Position numbers and translations under genes: made by a program
Origin: Bacteroidota bacterium
Lineage (GTDB): Bacteria; Bacteroidota; Bacteroidia; AKYH767-A; 2013-40CM-41-45
DNA length: 64,000 nt
NCBI GenBank assembly: GCA_043747595.1
Contig: JAYTOX010000021.1
Coordinates: 1,371-65,370 of the forward strand
Direction of reading: 5' to 3'
Shown: positions 39,609-49,409 of the stretch, piece by piece
Numbering within the stretch: the stretch's first letter is position 1
Layout: each line of letters opens with the position of its first letter
The notes under the pieces: model-generated
What the model saw: only the letters and a program-made list of their open reading frames with translations
What the model was told of the DNA's origin: nothing
The model's database searches: none

Positions 39609-39974
39609 TTATTCGGCATGTTCACTATCCCAAGCATCAAAGAGAATCTGTAAAAAATTGTTTTCTTCTGCTGTGATTTTTTCATCGGCACTGACTAACT
39701 TGACAGCAAAATCCATAAAGTGGGTACGTTCTTCAGGCGTAGAATCTTGGTAAAAATCGTCCATGCATTTTTGAAAATGTAGAATATAATCTGCCGGTTT
39801 CAATACTGAAATTTCATCCATGGCTCCATCAAGATTTACATGAAACGGATAATTTTCTACCAAATATCTTCTTATTATCAAATCTTCGCTTACAGAAAAA
39901 TCTCCGTCAATTACAGATAACAGTTGAAGTAAATGATAGCCGGCTTCTGCTTTATTGAATTTGAGTGTTTCCAT
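39609..39974 (-). CDS. TerB-like family protein
   Basis: 'L..IDG.FS..E...I..YL' and 'LV.ADEKIT.EE..FL' helical metal-binding-like motifs. Confidence 0.7.
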   Translation of the reverse strand: METLKFNKAEAGYHLLQLLSVIDGDFSVSEDLIIRRYLVENYPFHVNLDGAMDEISVLKPADYILHFQKCMDDFYQDSTPEERTHFMDFAVKLVSADEKITAEENNFLQILFDAWDSEHAE

Positions 39975-40324
39975 TCGATGCTTATTTTGACTACTTTAAA
40001 GTACTTCATTCTTTTATCAAAAAAAAATATTCTAGTAATTATTTATGACGAATTTTTTGCTCAATTCTGTTGAGTGGAATTTTTTTTATTTATTTATTGA
40101 TGGGAATTTACATCTCAAGTTAATCATTCAACGATGTGTTAGGATAAGTAATTGTATTTCAAAGAAATGGGAGGGCTATTTTGATTATTTGATTAACTTT
40201 GAATTGAGGATAAAATCTTGAGAAATCGTAAAAATTTGAGGATTTTCAATTAAATTCGCAGTATATTGTTTGAATCAGAATTGATCAAAGAAATGGCTCT
40301 TATTATCTGAAGAAAGATTGGTGT

Positions 40325-42118
40325 ATGACGGATATTATTCAACTATTACCGGAGACGGTATCTAATCAAATTGCAGCCGGCGAAGTAATTCAACGGCCTT
40401 CATCTGCTGTAAAAGAACTTTTGGAAAATGCAGTAGATGCAGGAGGAACAAACATTGAACTAATTGTAAAGGATTCTGGGAAAACTTTAATTAGAATAAT
40501 TGATAATGGCATTGGAATGAGTTCGACCGATGCGCGCCTTTCGTTTGCTCGACATGCTACTTCTAAAATTCGCTCAGCCGACGATCTCTTTGCCATCAAA
40601 ACAAAAGGATTCCGTGGTGAGGCTTTAGCGTCTATTGCATCTATTGCACAAGTTGAGTTAAAAACCATGCGAGCTGATGAAGAAATTGGTACGTTGATAG
40701 AAATTGAGGGCAACATAATCAAAGATCAACAACCAGTTGGTATGACTTCCGGTACCAGTATCTCTGTAAAGAATCTTTTTTACAATGTACCTGCTCGTCG
40801 TAATTTTTTAAAATCAAATTCAATTGAAGCAAGACATATCATAGACGAATTTGAACGTGTGGCTTTGGCACATCCTGAAATAAGTTTTTCATTAAACATG
40901 AATGGAGTAGAATATTTTAGACTTCCAGCAAGCAATCATAGGCAACGAATCGTGAATATTTATGGGAGTTCATATAATGAGCGCTTAGTGCCAATATCTG
41001 AAGACACTACCCTACTTTCGATTAATGGTTTTGTAGGCAAACCTGAATTCAGCAGAAAGACGAGAGGTGAACAATTTTTCTTTGTCAATCATCGATTTAT
41101 TAAAGATGGATATCTTCATCATGCTGTTACGAACGCTTTTGAAGAGCTATTGTCGAAAGACAGCTATGCTAGCTATTGGTTGTTCATCGATATCGATCCG
41201 TCTAAGATTGATGTAAATATTCATCCAACAAAAACAGAAATTAAATTTGAAGACGAACGATCTGTTTATGCAATCGTTCGATCAGCAATAAAACGTTCTC
41301 TTGGGCAATATAGTGTGAGTCCTGCGTTGGATTTTGACCAGGAGAAAACCTTCGATGTACCACATGCAATGCGTTACCAGCCGGCTCAGCAACCGATGGT
41401 AACTGTCAATACTGGTTACAATCCGTTTGAGAAAACAAATAAAGAAATAATAAACTCAGGCTGGGATAAAGTTTACACCGATCTCCGTAATGTAGAAATA
41501 CCAAGCCAACAGGTATCTCAAACGAGTGCACACTTTATCAATGAACCTATTTCAGATGTCGTAGTTTCTTCTTTTCAGCTCGGACAATTTATTCTGTGTA
41601 AATTGAATGAGCAATTATTGATGATTGATGCAACGGCAGCACACGAACGAATTATTTACAATCAGCTAATGGATAAATTGGCAGGTAAACCATTTAGTTC
41701 ACAACAATTGCTTTTCCCTCAAACACTACAATTTAGTGCTTCCGATTTTCAAATAATTGCTGAAATACAGCAGCAGATACGAGAATTTGGATTTGATATT
41801 TCTGAATTTGGCCTTAATACTTTTGTTTTGAATGCAGCTCCAATTGGAGTTCCATCCGGACATGAAAAAGAGGTGTTAGAAAATATTATTGAACAATATA
41901 AACTAAACTCCACGTTGATAAGTCTAGGCATTCAAGAGAAATTAGCTTATTCAATGGCGAAAAGCATGGCTATAAAAAAAGGCGACCCTCTCTCGAAAGA
42001 AGAAATTGATGAACTTGTTCAGGCGATTTTAAAAACCGATAAAGGTGACAAAGGAATTGATGGAAAGGTTTGCCTTCGTTTTATTAAGTCAACAGAACTT
42101 CCTGATTATTTTAAATAA
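40325..42118 (+). CDS. mutL: DNA mismatch repair protein MutL
   Basis: 'NQIAAGEVIQRP', 'KELLENA.DAG', 'HATSKI', 'GFRGEAL.SI' and 'DVNIHPTK'. Confidence 0.96.
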   Translation: MTDIIQLLPETVSNQIAAGEVIQRPSSAVKELLENAVDAGGTNIELIVKDSGKTLIRIIDNGIGMSSTDARLSFARHATSKIRSADDLFAIKTKGFRGEALASIASIAQVELKTMRADEEIGTLIEIEGNIIKDQQPVGMTSGTSISVKNLFYNVPARRNFLKSNSIEARHIIDEFERVALAHPEISFSLNMNGVEYFRLPASNHRQRIVNIYGSSYNERLVPISEDTTLLSINGFVGKPEFSRKTRGEQFFFVNHRFIKDGYLHHAVTNAFEELLSKDSYASYWLFIDIDPSKIDVNIHPTKTEIKFEDERSVYAIVRSAIKRSLGQYSVSPALDFDQEKTFDVPHAMRYQPAQQPMVTVNTGYNPFEKTNKEIINSGWDKVYTDLRNVEIPSQQVSQTSAHFINEPISDVVVSSFQLGQFILCKLNEQLLMIDATAAHERIIYNQLMDKLAGKPFSSQQLLFPQTLQFSASDFQIIAEIQQQIREFGFDISEFGLNTFVLNAAPIGVPSGHEKEVLENIIEQYKLNSTLISLGIQEKLAYSMAKSMAIKKGDPLSKEEIDELVQAILKTDKGDKGIDGKVCLRFIKSTELPDYFK

Positions 42119-42159
42119 AAAAAATTCTAAACTGATCATTTGAGCAGCTAGATTTAATT

Positions 42160-43023
42160 ATGGACAACAACTATGTAAGACCAACCGGATTCAATTTCCT
42201 TCCGGTTGTTGTAAAGAATATTCTGATCATTAACGTGATTATGTTTTTAGCGACTCAAGTTCTTTTGTCACGTGGCATCGATCTTAACGACATGCTTGGT
42301 TTGCATTATTTTTTATCTGAAAAATTTCACATCTGGCAATTTTTCACCTATATGTTCATGCATGGAAATATTATGCATATTTTCTTCAATATGTTTGCTG
42401 TCTTTATGTTCGGAGCAGCAATGGAAAATATATGGGGACCCAAAAAATTTCTTACTTATTATCTACTTACCGGATTAGGAGCTGCTGTTGCGCATTATGC
42501 CATTGTGTATTTTCAAATGGATGCTGCAATGGGAACACTCAATAACTATATAGCTTCTCCATCAATCGACAAACTTCAATCGCTCTTATCTTCCAATGTC
42601 TTTTCCGGATTTTCATCGCGAGATTTCTCTGAGCGATTACAAGATTTTATACGAACCTTTAATGAAACATATACAACAAACCCTTCACAAGCATTAAATA
42701 TGAGTGTTGAGTTCATGAAAGAATCGCGGATGGAAGTTTATAACGCTCCGGTTGTAATTGGCGCTAGCGGTGCTTTGTTTGGTTTATTGTTGGCTTATGG
42801 AATGACATTCCCCAACAATTTTCTTTATGTTTATTTAATTTTACCAATCAAAGCAAAGTACTTTGTAATTATTTATGGACTTATCGAATTATTTTCGGGT
42901 GTCGCTAATTATTCGGGCGACAATGTTGCTCACTTCGCACATCTTGGAGGTCTAGTAACCGGTTTTATTATTATCAAAATTTGGGACGCCAAAAATAAAA
43001 ATAAACGGAATAATATTTATTGA
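42160..43023 (+). CDS. Rhomboid intramembrane serine protease
   Basis: 'TYMFMH...HIFFNM', catalytic GASG and 'AHFAHLGG'. Confidence 0.92.
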   Translation: MDNNYVRPTGFNFLPVVVKNILIINVIMFLATQVLLSRGIDLNDMLGLHYFLSEKFHIWQFFTYMFMHGNIMHIFFNMFAVFMFGAAMENIWGPKKFLTYYLLTGLGAAVAHYAIVYFQMDAAMGTLNNYIASPSIDKLQSLLSSNVFSGFSSRDFSERLQDFIRTFNETYTTNPSQALNMSVEFMKESRMEVYNAPVVIGASGALFGLLLAYGMTFPNNFLYVYLILPIKAKYFVIIYGLIELFSGVANYSGDNVAHFAHLGGLVTGFIIIKIWDAKNKNKRNNIY

Positions 43024-43035
43024 TTGGAATTAATA

Positions 43036-43911
43036 ATGAAAGCAGCGAATAACATTTGGTTTGGTACAAATAATTCTCTTCAAAAGATCATGTATATTAA
43101 TGTCATGATATTTGTGGTGATTCGGATTACTTTTGCTATTACCTCTTTATTTAATGCTCCTGTTTTTAGTTTTGAATTTGTAACGCATTGGTTGGCGATT
43201 CCTTCGAATTTAGGATCTCTCTTAGTTCGGCCTTGGACATTACTTACATACATGTTTCTTCATTGGGATTTTATGCATATCCTTTTTAATATGTTATGGC
43301 TTTATTGGATGGGAAATATTATCGTTGAATATTTAGGCGAAAAAAAACTCTGGGGTATCTATTTAATGGGCGGTATTTTTGGTGCCTTTGCTTATGTGAT
43401 CGCCTTTAATATTTTTCCTGTTTTTTCTGAAAGGGTTGATCAATCATTTGCTTTAGGAGCGTCTGCCAGTGTACTTGCAATTACGGTTGCTGCTGCGACT
43501 CTACTTCCTAACTATCGTATTCAATTATTGTTTTTAGGAAGTGTACCTCTAAAAGCAATTGCGGCAGTTTCTGTTTTACTAGATGTGATTAGCGTGTCAG
43601 GTGATAATGCGGGAGGCCATATAGCCCATCTCGGAGGAGCTTTATTTGGATTTATATTCATCCGCCTTCTGAAAAACGGAACAAATTTAAATGGGTGGTT
43701 GGAGAATATTAGTTTTCCATCATTTCGAAGAGGGAATATGAAAGTCGCTCATCGTAGAAATACTTCAGATGATTTTTTTAACGCAAGTATAAAAGCGAAT
43801 CAAGAACATATGGATGAAGTCCTCGATAAGATTAACAAATCAGGATATGGAAGTTTAACACAAACTGAAAAAGATTTTCTTTTTAGGATGAGTAAAGAAG
43901 ACAAGAAATAG
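43036..43911 (+). CDS. Rhomboid intramembrane serine protease with C-terminal soluble tail
   Basis: 'PWTLLTYMFLH', GASA, 'GGHIAHLGGA' and tail 'D.VLDKINKSGY.SLT..EK.FL'. Start 43036 (ATG) or 43024 (TTG). Confidence 0.9.
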   Translation: MKAANNIWFGTNNSLQKIMYINVMIFVVIRITFAITSLFNAPVFSFEFVTHWLAIPSNLGSLLVRPWTLLTYMFLHWDFMHILFNMLWLYWMGNIIVEYLGEKKLWGIYLMGGIFGAFAYVIAFNIFPVFSERVDQSFALGASASVLAITVAAATLLPNYRIQLLFLGSVPLKAIAAVSVLLDVISVSGDNAGGHIAHLGGALFGFIFIRLLKNGTNLNGWLENISFPSFRRGNMKVAHRRNTSDDFFNASIKANQEHMDEVLDKINKSGYGSLTQTEKDFLFRMSKEDKK

Positions 43912-43917
43912 GATTTT

Positions 43918-45048
43918 ATGGCCATCGAAAAAACAAAGCCTTCCATTTTTAATCGTATCGTTTGGATTTTTAATATCCTGGCAATAATAGGAATTTCATT
44001 TTCCTATCTTGCTTCCTATGTTAGTCCACGTATCATTTGGTGGCTGGCATTGTTTGGTTTAGCCTATGAGATTTTTCTTGCAATTAATTTATTGTTTGTT
44101 ATTTACTGGGCTGTAATGAGAAGCCGCCGCTTTGCTTTTTCTTTGTTTTTTATTTTATTGGGACTTGGGCGATTTTTTTCTATCGTTCAATTTAATTCCT
44201 CGGTTAAATCGGAAACAGAATTACGGTCAGAAAACAATATTAAATTAATGTCGTTCAACGTTCGATTGTTTGACCTTTATAATTGGTTTAATAACAATGA
44301 AACACGAATTGATATTTTTAATTTTTTAAAAAAGGAATCTCCGGATATCATATGTTTTCAAGAGTTTTATGCAACTGATCGCAAACGACCCGAATTCAAT
44401 AATGCTGATACACTTCGTTCAATTTTAAATACGAAGTATTCTCAAGTTGAATATTCTATTACTCTCAGAAATACAGATCATTGGGGTATTGCCACCTTCA
44501 GCAAGTACCCAATTGTAAGAAAACAAAATGTTCATTTTGCTGCTAAAGGTGGAAACGTTTTTATTGTAAGTGATTTAAAAATTGGTAACGATACAGTGAG
44601 AGTATTTAATACTCACTTGGAGAGCGTTCATTTTGGATGGAACAGTTACCGTTTTATTGAGAACCTTAACAATGATGATGTTCAGCAAGATGAGTTAGCA
44701 GGAAGTTTGATGATTCTCCGACAATTAAAGCATGCATTTGTGAAGCGAGCTATACAGGTTGAAATTCTCCGCGATTCAATAAATGCTAGCCCATACCCTG
44801 TTATTATTTGCGGTGACTTTAACGACACGCCCAATTCCTATACTTATCACATTTTATCTAAAAATTTAAAAGATACTTTTAAAGAAAGCGGTTCTGGCTT
44901 GGGTAAGTCGTACGTTGGCCCCTTCCCTTCTTTCCGGATAGATTATATTTTTCATGATCAAAAAATATCATCATCGGCCTTCAAGACGATTCATCAAAAA
45001 CTTTCAGATCATTTTCCGATTTCATGTATGATCAAATTGAAAGAATAA
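43918..45048 (+). CDS. Membrane-anchored endonuclease/exonuclease/phosphatase (EEP) family protein
   Basis: Three N-terminal TMs; 'SFNV', 'DIICFQE', 'NTHLES', 'GDFND', 'RIDYIF' and 'SDHFP'. Confidence 0.9.
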   Translation: MAIEKTKPSIFNRIVWIFNILAIIGISFSYLASYVSPRIIWWLALFGLAYEIFLAINLLFVIYWAVMRSRRFAFSLFFILLGLGRFFSIVQFNSSVKSETELRSENNIKLMSFNVRLFDLYNWFNNNETRIDIFNFLKKESPDIICFQEFYATDRKRPEFNNADTLRSILNTKYSQVEYSITLRNTDHWGIATFSKYPIVRKQNVHFAAKGGNVFIVSDLKIGNDTVRVFNTHLESVHFGWNSYRFIENLNNDDVQQDELAGSLMILRQLKHAFVKRAIQVEILRDSINASPYPVIICGDFNDTPNSYTYHILSKNLKDTFKESGSGLGKSYVGPFPSFRIDYIFHDQKISSSAFKTIHQKLSDHFPISCMIKLKE

Positions 45049-45061
45049 ATCAATTTTATTA

Positions 45062-46702
45062 TTATTGCTTTTTAACTGCTTCAAGCATCAATAAGTTCAT
45101 TGCATTGGATTTTAAATCGTGAATATTGTTTTGATGCAATCGAAGAATTTTGTCGTAGTATAATATTATTACCGGAGCTTGATCCATTACCATTTGATCT
45201 AATTCACGATACATAGTAAATCGAATGCTATCGACTGTTTCTTTCATCGAACGATCAAAAAGTTCATCAAAATCTTTATTGCTGTAATGCGTATTGTTTG
45301 GTCCTCCTGGTGAAAAATTTTTAGAATAAAACAACGACAAATAATTTTCGGCATCAGGATAATCAGCGAGCCAACTTCCACGAAAAAAGGCTAATTTTTT
45401 TTCAGCAATCATTTTCCGGTGAACTGCAGCTTGATTAACATCTATTTTAATTTTAAAACCTATTTCTTCCCATTGATTTTTAATAAATTCACAGAGATCA
45501 AGATAATTTCCTGTTGTACTCAATGTGATTTCAGAAAGGCCTCGGCCTTCTTCATGGCCACTTAGCTTTAACTCCTCTTGTGCCTTCTGTATGTTATATG
45601 GATAGCCTATTACAGTTGTATCGAATGAAGGCATTCCTGGAGGCACAAAACCATAGTTGCCGGCTATCCCCATATTGTTTCTCAAATAAGCAATCATCTT
45701 TTTTCTATCGATTGAATAGGATAATGCTTTTCGAATATGAATATCATTGAGCATTTTACTTTGATCAGAATTCGGTTCCATCATGAACCCTAAATATTCA
45801 GTATTCAAATAGGGTTCGGTTTCCATAACAAATTTATTTTTGTACTTCGCTTGCAAGTTGCCACTTCTAGTTAGCAATTCGTCTTTATAGCTAGCATCTA
45901 GTCCACTCATAAAATCAAGATTGCCTTTTAAAAATTCAATGAAAGCACTTTGTTTATCTGATATGAACGACACTTCCACCGCATCTAAATATGGTAAGTG
46001 TTGTCCATTGCTATCTGTTTGGAAATAATTTTCATTCTTTAATAGTATCAACCGAACTCCTTCTTTCCAAAAACTAAATTTAAAAGGTCCTGTTCCGCAT
46101 GGATGGCTTCTAAAATCGTTTCCATAATATTCAACTACTTCCTTTGGAACCACCGAACAATATGGCATCGTGAGTAAACCTAGAAAAGAAGGATTTGGAT
46201 TTGATAATGAAATTTGAAACGTACTATCATCTATTGCTTGAACGCCTTTCAAATTCCCTGAGTCGTCCTTGTCGATAGAATTAAGTACCCAGGAACCAGG
46301 TGAAGCTACTGTCTTTGATGTGAGTCGGTTCAGGCTATAAACAAAGTCGTTTGCTGTTACTGCTCTCGAATTATCTTTGCCGGCAAATAAATTATTACGA
46401 TGAAAAAAAACATCGCTTCTCAAATGAAAAATATATGTTAAACCATCGTTACTAACTTCCCACGTTTTAGCAATGCATGGTTGAATTTTTAGATATTCGT
46501 CAAAACGTACTAATCCATTATACAGTTGTAAACATGGCCAAATAAGTGACTGATCTTTTGCAAATGCAGGATCGAGTGATGAAATTCCTACAAACTCATT
46601 GTACCTGAAAGATGTTTTGGTTGAGTGTTGATTATTGGAAGAAGTGCATGATACAAGACCCAAAAGTAGGAAGAGTAAATAGCGGTAGGACGATTTAAGC
46701 AT
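45062..46702 (-). CDS. ABC transporter substrate-binding lipoprotein (family 5, DppA/OppA-like)
   Basis: Lipobox LVSC, 'SLDPA', 'LYNGLV', 'TANDFVYSL', 'GTGPF' and 'W.ADYPDAEN'. ATG at 46702 is preferred. Confidence 0.88.
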   Translation of the reverse strand: MLKSSYRYLLFLLLGLVSCTSSNNQHSTKTSFRYNEFVGISSLDPAFAKDQSLIWPCLQLYNGLVRFDEYLKIQPCIAKTWEVSNDGLTYIFHLRSDVFFHRNNLFAGKDNSRAVTANDFVYSLNRLTSKTVASPGSWVLNSIDKDDSGNLKGVQAIDDSTFQISLSNPNPSFLGLLTMPYCSVVPKEVVEYYGNDFRSHPCGTGPFKFSFWKEGVRLILLKNENYFQTDSNGQHLPYLDAVEVSFISDKQSAFIEFLKGNLDFMSGLDASYKDELLTRSGNLQAKYKNKFVMETEPYLNTEYLGFMMEPNSDQSKMLNDIHIRKALSYSIDRKKMIAYLRNNMGIAGNYGFVPPGMPSFDTTVIGYPYNIQKAQEELKLSGHEEGRGLSEITLSTTGNYLDLCEFIKNQWEEIGFKIKIDVNQAAVHRKMIAEKKLAFFRGSWLADYPDAENYLSLFYSKNFSPGGPNNTHYSNKDFDELFDRSMKETVDSIRFTMYRELDQMVMDQAPVIILYYDKILRLHQNNIHDLKSNAMNLLMLEAVKKQ

Positions 46703-46864
46703 ATCTACAAAACTAATTGAAGCCATTCAATTGTTAGAAGGCCTTTTGTATAGTTATCAACGAAGAGTTGAGAATACCAAAATATCAACTATTTAACTCT
46801 TTTTGAACGAAAAGTGGCTTCTATTTCAATTGCCTACCTATAATGTTTTGTGTATTTTCGCCCA

Positions 46865-48217
46865 ATGAATAATAGGTCGACAGTTGCATTTCACACACTG
46901 GGATGTAAACTGAATTTTGCTGAAACCTCAACTATTGCGCGCCAACTGAAAGAATCCGGATTTCAAAAAATTGAGTTTGAAAAAGGTGCTGATGTTGTTG
47001 TGATAAACACTTGCTCTGTTACCGAGAATGCTGACAAAGAATGTAAGTCTATTGTTCGTCGTGCACAACAGGCTAACCCCAATTCCTTTATTGCAATTAT
47101 TGGATGCTATGCTCAATTAAAGCCGGAAGAAATTGCAAGTATTGAAGGTGTCGATTTAGTATTAGGGGCAACAGAAAAATTTAATCTCCCTGCTTATTTA
47201 ATAGATCTTCAGAAAAAAGAAATTGCTGAAGTGCATTCATGCGAAATTCAAAATGTTGGTGATTTCAAAACAGCTTACTCAATTGGTGATCGAACAAGAG
47301 CCTTTTTGAAAGTGCAAGATGGATGCGATTACTCTTGTACTTATTGCACTATCCCACTAGCAAGAGGAAAAAGTCGAAGCGATACATTATTAAATGTCGT
47401 TGAGAACGCAATTGAAATTGGAGAGAAAGGAATCAAAGAAATTGTTTTAACCGGAGTTAATATTGGTGATTATGGCATAATTAATTCTAACGAATCTACA
47501 AGAGAAACAAATTTCCTTGCTCTTATTACAGAACTAGAACAAGTAAATTCAATTGAGCGTTTTCGTATTTCTTCAATTGAACCTAATTTACTTACCAATG
47601 AAATTATTGATTTCGTCTCGACATCAAATCGATTCGTACCGCATTTTCATATTCCTTTGCAATCTGGCTCAGATAAAATATTGGGCTTGATGAAAAGGAG
47701 ATATCAACGTAAACTATATACAGAACGGGTACAAAAGATTAAGGAAGTTATGCCGGATGCTTGCATAGGAGTCGATGTTATTGTTGGTTTTCCCGGTGAA
47801 ACAGAAAAAGATTTTATTGAAACGTACAATTACTTGACGGAATTGGAAATTTCATATTTGCATGTATTTACTTACTCGGAAAGAGAGAATACCGAAGCTG
47901 CAGAAATGCTAGGAGTAGTTCCGATAGCTGAAAGGAAAAAAAGAAATCATATGCTTCGAATTCTTTCGGAGAAAAAGAAAAATATTTTTTACGAAAAATA
48001 CATTGGAGCTAGTTTTGATGTATTGTTTGAATCTGAAAATAAAGACGGACAACTATTTGGTTTTACAAACAATTATATTCGTGTTTGTATTCCATTTGAA
48101 AATCGGCTTACAAATACAGTTCAACGAGTAAAATTAGAATCGTTTAATGGTTCTATTGCAGTACAATCTAGTTTGGTGAATGAACCAGTTGAAGAAATTA
48201 ATTACCTCAAAAATTAA
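46865..48217 (+). CDS. mtaB: tRNA threonylcarbamoyladenosine methylthiotransferase MtaB
   Basis: 'TLGCKLN', 'NTCSVT', 'GCYAQ', CxxxCxxC (CDYSCTYC) and 'HVFTYSER'. ATG at 46865. Confidence 0.92.
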   Translation: MNNRSTVAFHTLGCKLNFAETSTIARQLKESGFQKIEFEKGADVVVINTCSVTENADKECKSIVRRAQQANPNSFIAIIGCYAQLKPEEIASIEGVDLVLGATEKFNLPAYLIDLQKKEIAEVHSCEIQNVGDFKTAYSIGDRTRAFLKVQDGCDYSCTYCTIPLARGKSRSDTLLNVVENAIEIGEKGIKEIVLTGVNIGDYGIINSNESTRETNFLALITELEQVNSIERFRISSIEPNLLTNEIIDFVSTSNRFVPHFHIPLQSGSDKILGLMKRRYQRKLYTERVQKIKEVMPDACIGVDVIVGFPGETEKDFIETYNYLTELEISYLHVFTYSERENTEAAEMLGVVPIAERKKRNHMLRILSEKKKNIFYEKYIGASFDVLFESENKDGQLFGFTNNYIRVCIPFENRLTNTVQRVKLESFNGSIAVQSSLVNEPVEEINYLKN

Positions 48218-48254
48218 TTACTTCAAATTTATACAAAAGCTCTAATTTCAATAT

Positions 48255-49409
48255 ATGTACGCAGGACTTACCGATTTACTGAACGACCTTTTCGGAACTC
48301 ATTTTACTTTTTCTTTCCCCCCAATGTTTGGACTTTTAGTAGCGTTATCTTTTTTACTTGCAGCTTATACATTGGCATCTGAATTAAAAAGGAAAGCCGT
48401 ACTTGGAATACTAACATCGGAAACAAAAAAAATTATTGTCGGCGAATCTGCTAATCCAATTGAGTATTTTTGGAATGGATTATTTGGTTTTATTCTCGGT
48501 GCCAAAATAGTATATTCAATTTCTAGTAGCACCGAATTTTTTACTGATCCACAGGCTGCCCTTCTTTCACTTAAAGGCAATATGCTTGGCGGAGTATTTG
48601 GAGCAGTTCTATCGATTGGATGGCGGTTTTATGAAAGTAAAAGAGATGAGCTTCCTCAACCCAAAGAACAAGAAGTAAAAATTTTTCCGCATCAGTTGGT
48701 TTCTGAAATCACAATGGTTGCTGCATTGGGTGGACTTTTAGGAGCTAAAATATTTCACTTGCTTGAGTATTGGGATGATTTTATTGCAGATCCGGCCGGT
48801 ATGTTTTTTAGTGGCAGTGGACTTACTATGTATGGTGGATTGATTGTAGGAGCAATTTCTGTATTATGGTATGGCAAGAAAAATAATATTCCCGGATTAG
48901 TTTTATGTGATTCTGCTGCACCTGCATTAATGTTGGGCTATGGTACTGGTCGCATTGGATGTCAGCTTGCAGGCGATGGTGATTGGGGAATCGATAATAT
49001 TCATCCCAATCCATTTTCATTTCTTCCTGATTGGATGTGGTCTTTCAAGTATCCGCATAATGTGATTAACGAAGGCATTCCAATTCCGGATTGCATTGGC
49101 CATCATTGTCATGAACTTGCAGTTGGTGTGTACCCTACTCCCTTTTACGAAAGTATCATGGCAATTTCACTTTTTTTTGTGTTGTGGTCGATGAGAAAGA
49201 AAATAAGTACGCCCGGTAGATTGTTTAGCTGGTATTTAATTTTCAATGGCATCGAACGATTTGCAATTGAATCTATCAGAGTAAATTCTCATTATCACCT
49301 TGCTGGAATTGCATTTACACAAGCACAGTTAATATCAATTCTACTTTTGCTCACCGGCCTTATCGGACTTTCAATTCTGAAAAAAGATCAATCATCTTTA
49401 TCCAAATGA
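48255..49409 (+). CDS. lgt: Prolipoprotein diacylglyceryl transferase (long form)
   Basis: 'YGG', 'GYGTGRIGC..AGDG', 'YPT.FYE' and 'ERF.IE.IR'. Confidence 0.85.
   Translation: MYAGLTDLLNDLFGTHFTFSFPPMFGLLVALSFLLAAYTLASELKRKAVLGILTSETKKIIVGESANPIEYFWNGLFGFILGAKIVYSISSSTEFFTDPQAALLSLKGNMLGGVFGAVLSIGWRFYESKRDELPQPKEQEVKIFPHQLVSEITMVAALGGLLGAKIFHLLEYWDDFIADPAGMFFSGSGLTMYGGLIVGAISVLWYGKKNNIPGLVLCDSAAPALMLGYGTGRIGCQLAGDGDWGIDNIHPNPFSFLPDWMWSFKYPHNVINEGIPIPDCIGHHCHELAVGVYPTPFYESIMAISLFFVLWSMRKKISTPGRLFSWYLIFNGIERFAIESIRVNSHYHLAGIAFTQAQLISILLLLTGLIGLSILKKDQSSLSK

Noticed and set aside
39609-39974. TerB-like gene as part of a ter or anti-phage defence island
   Set aside because: It is a lone gene with no other ter, toxin, nuclease or mobility genes nearby.
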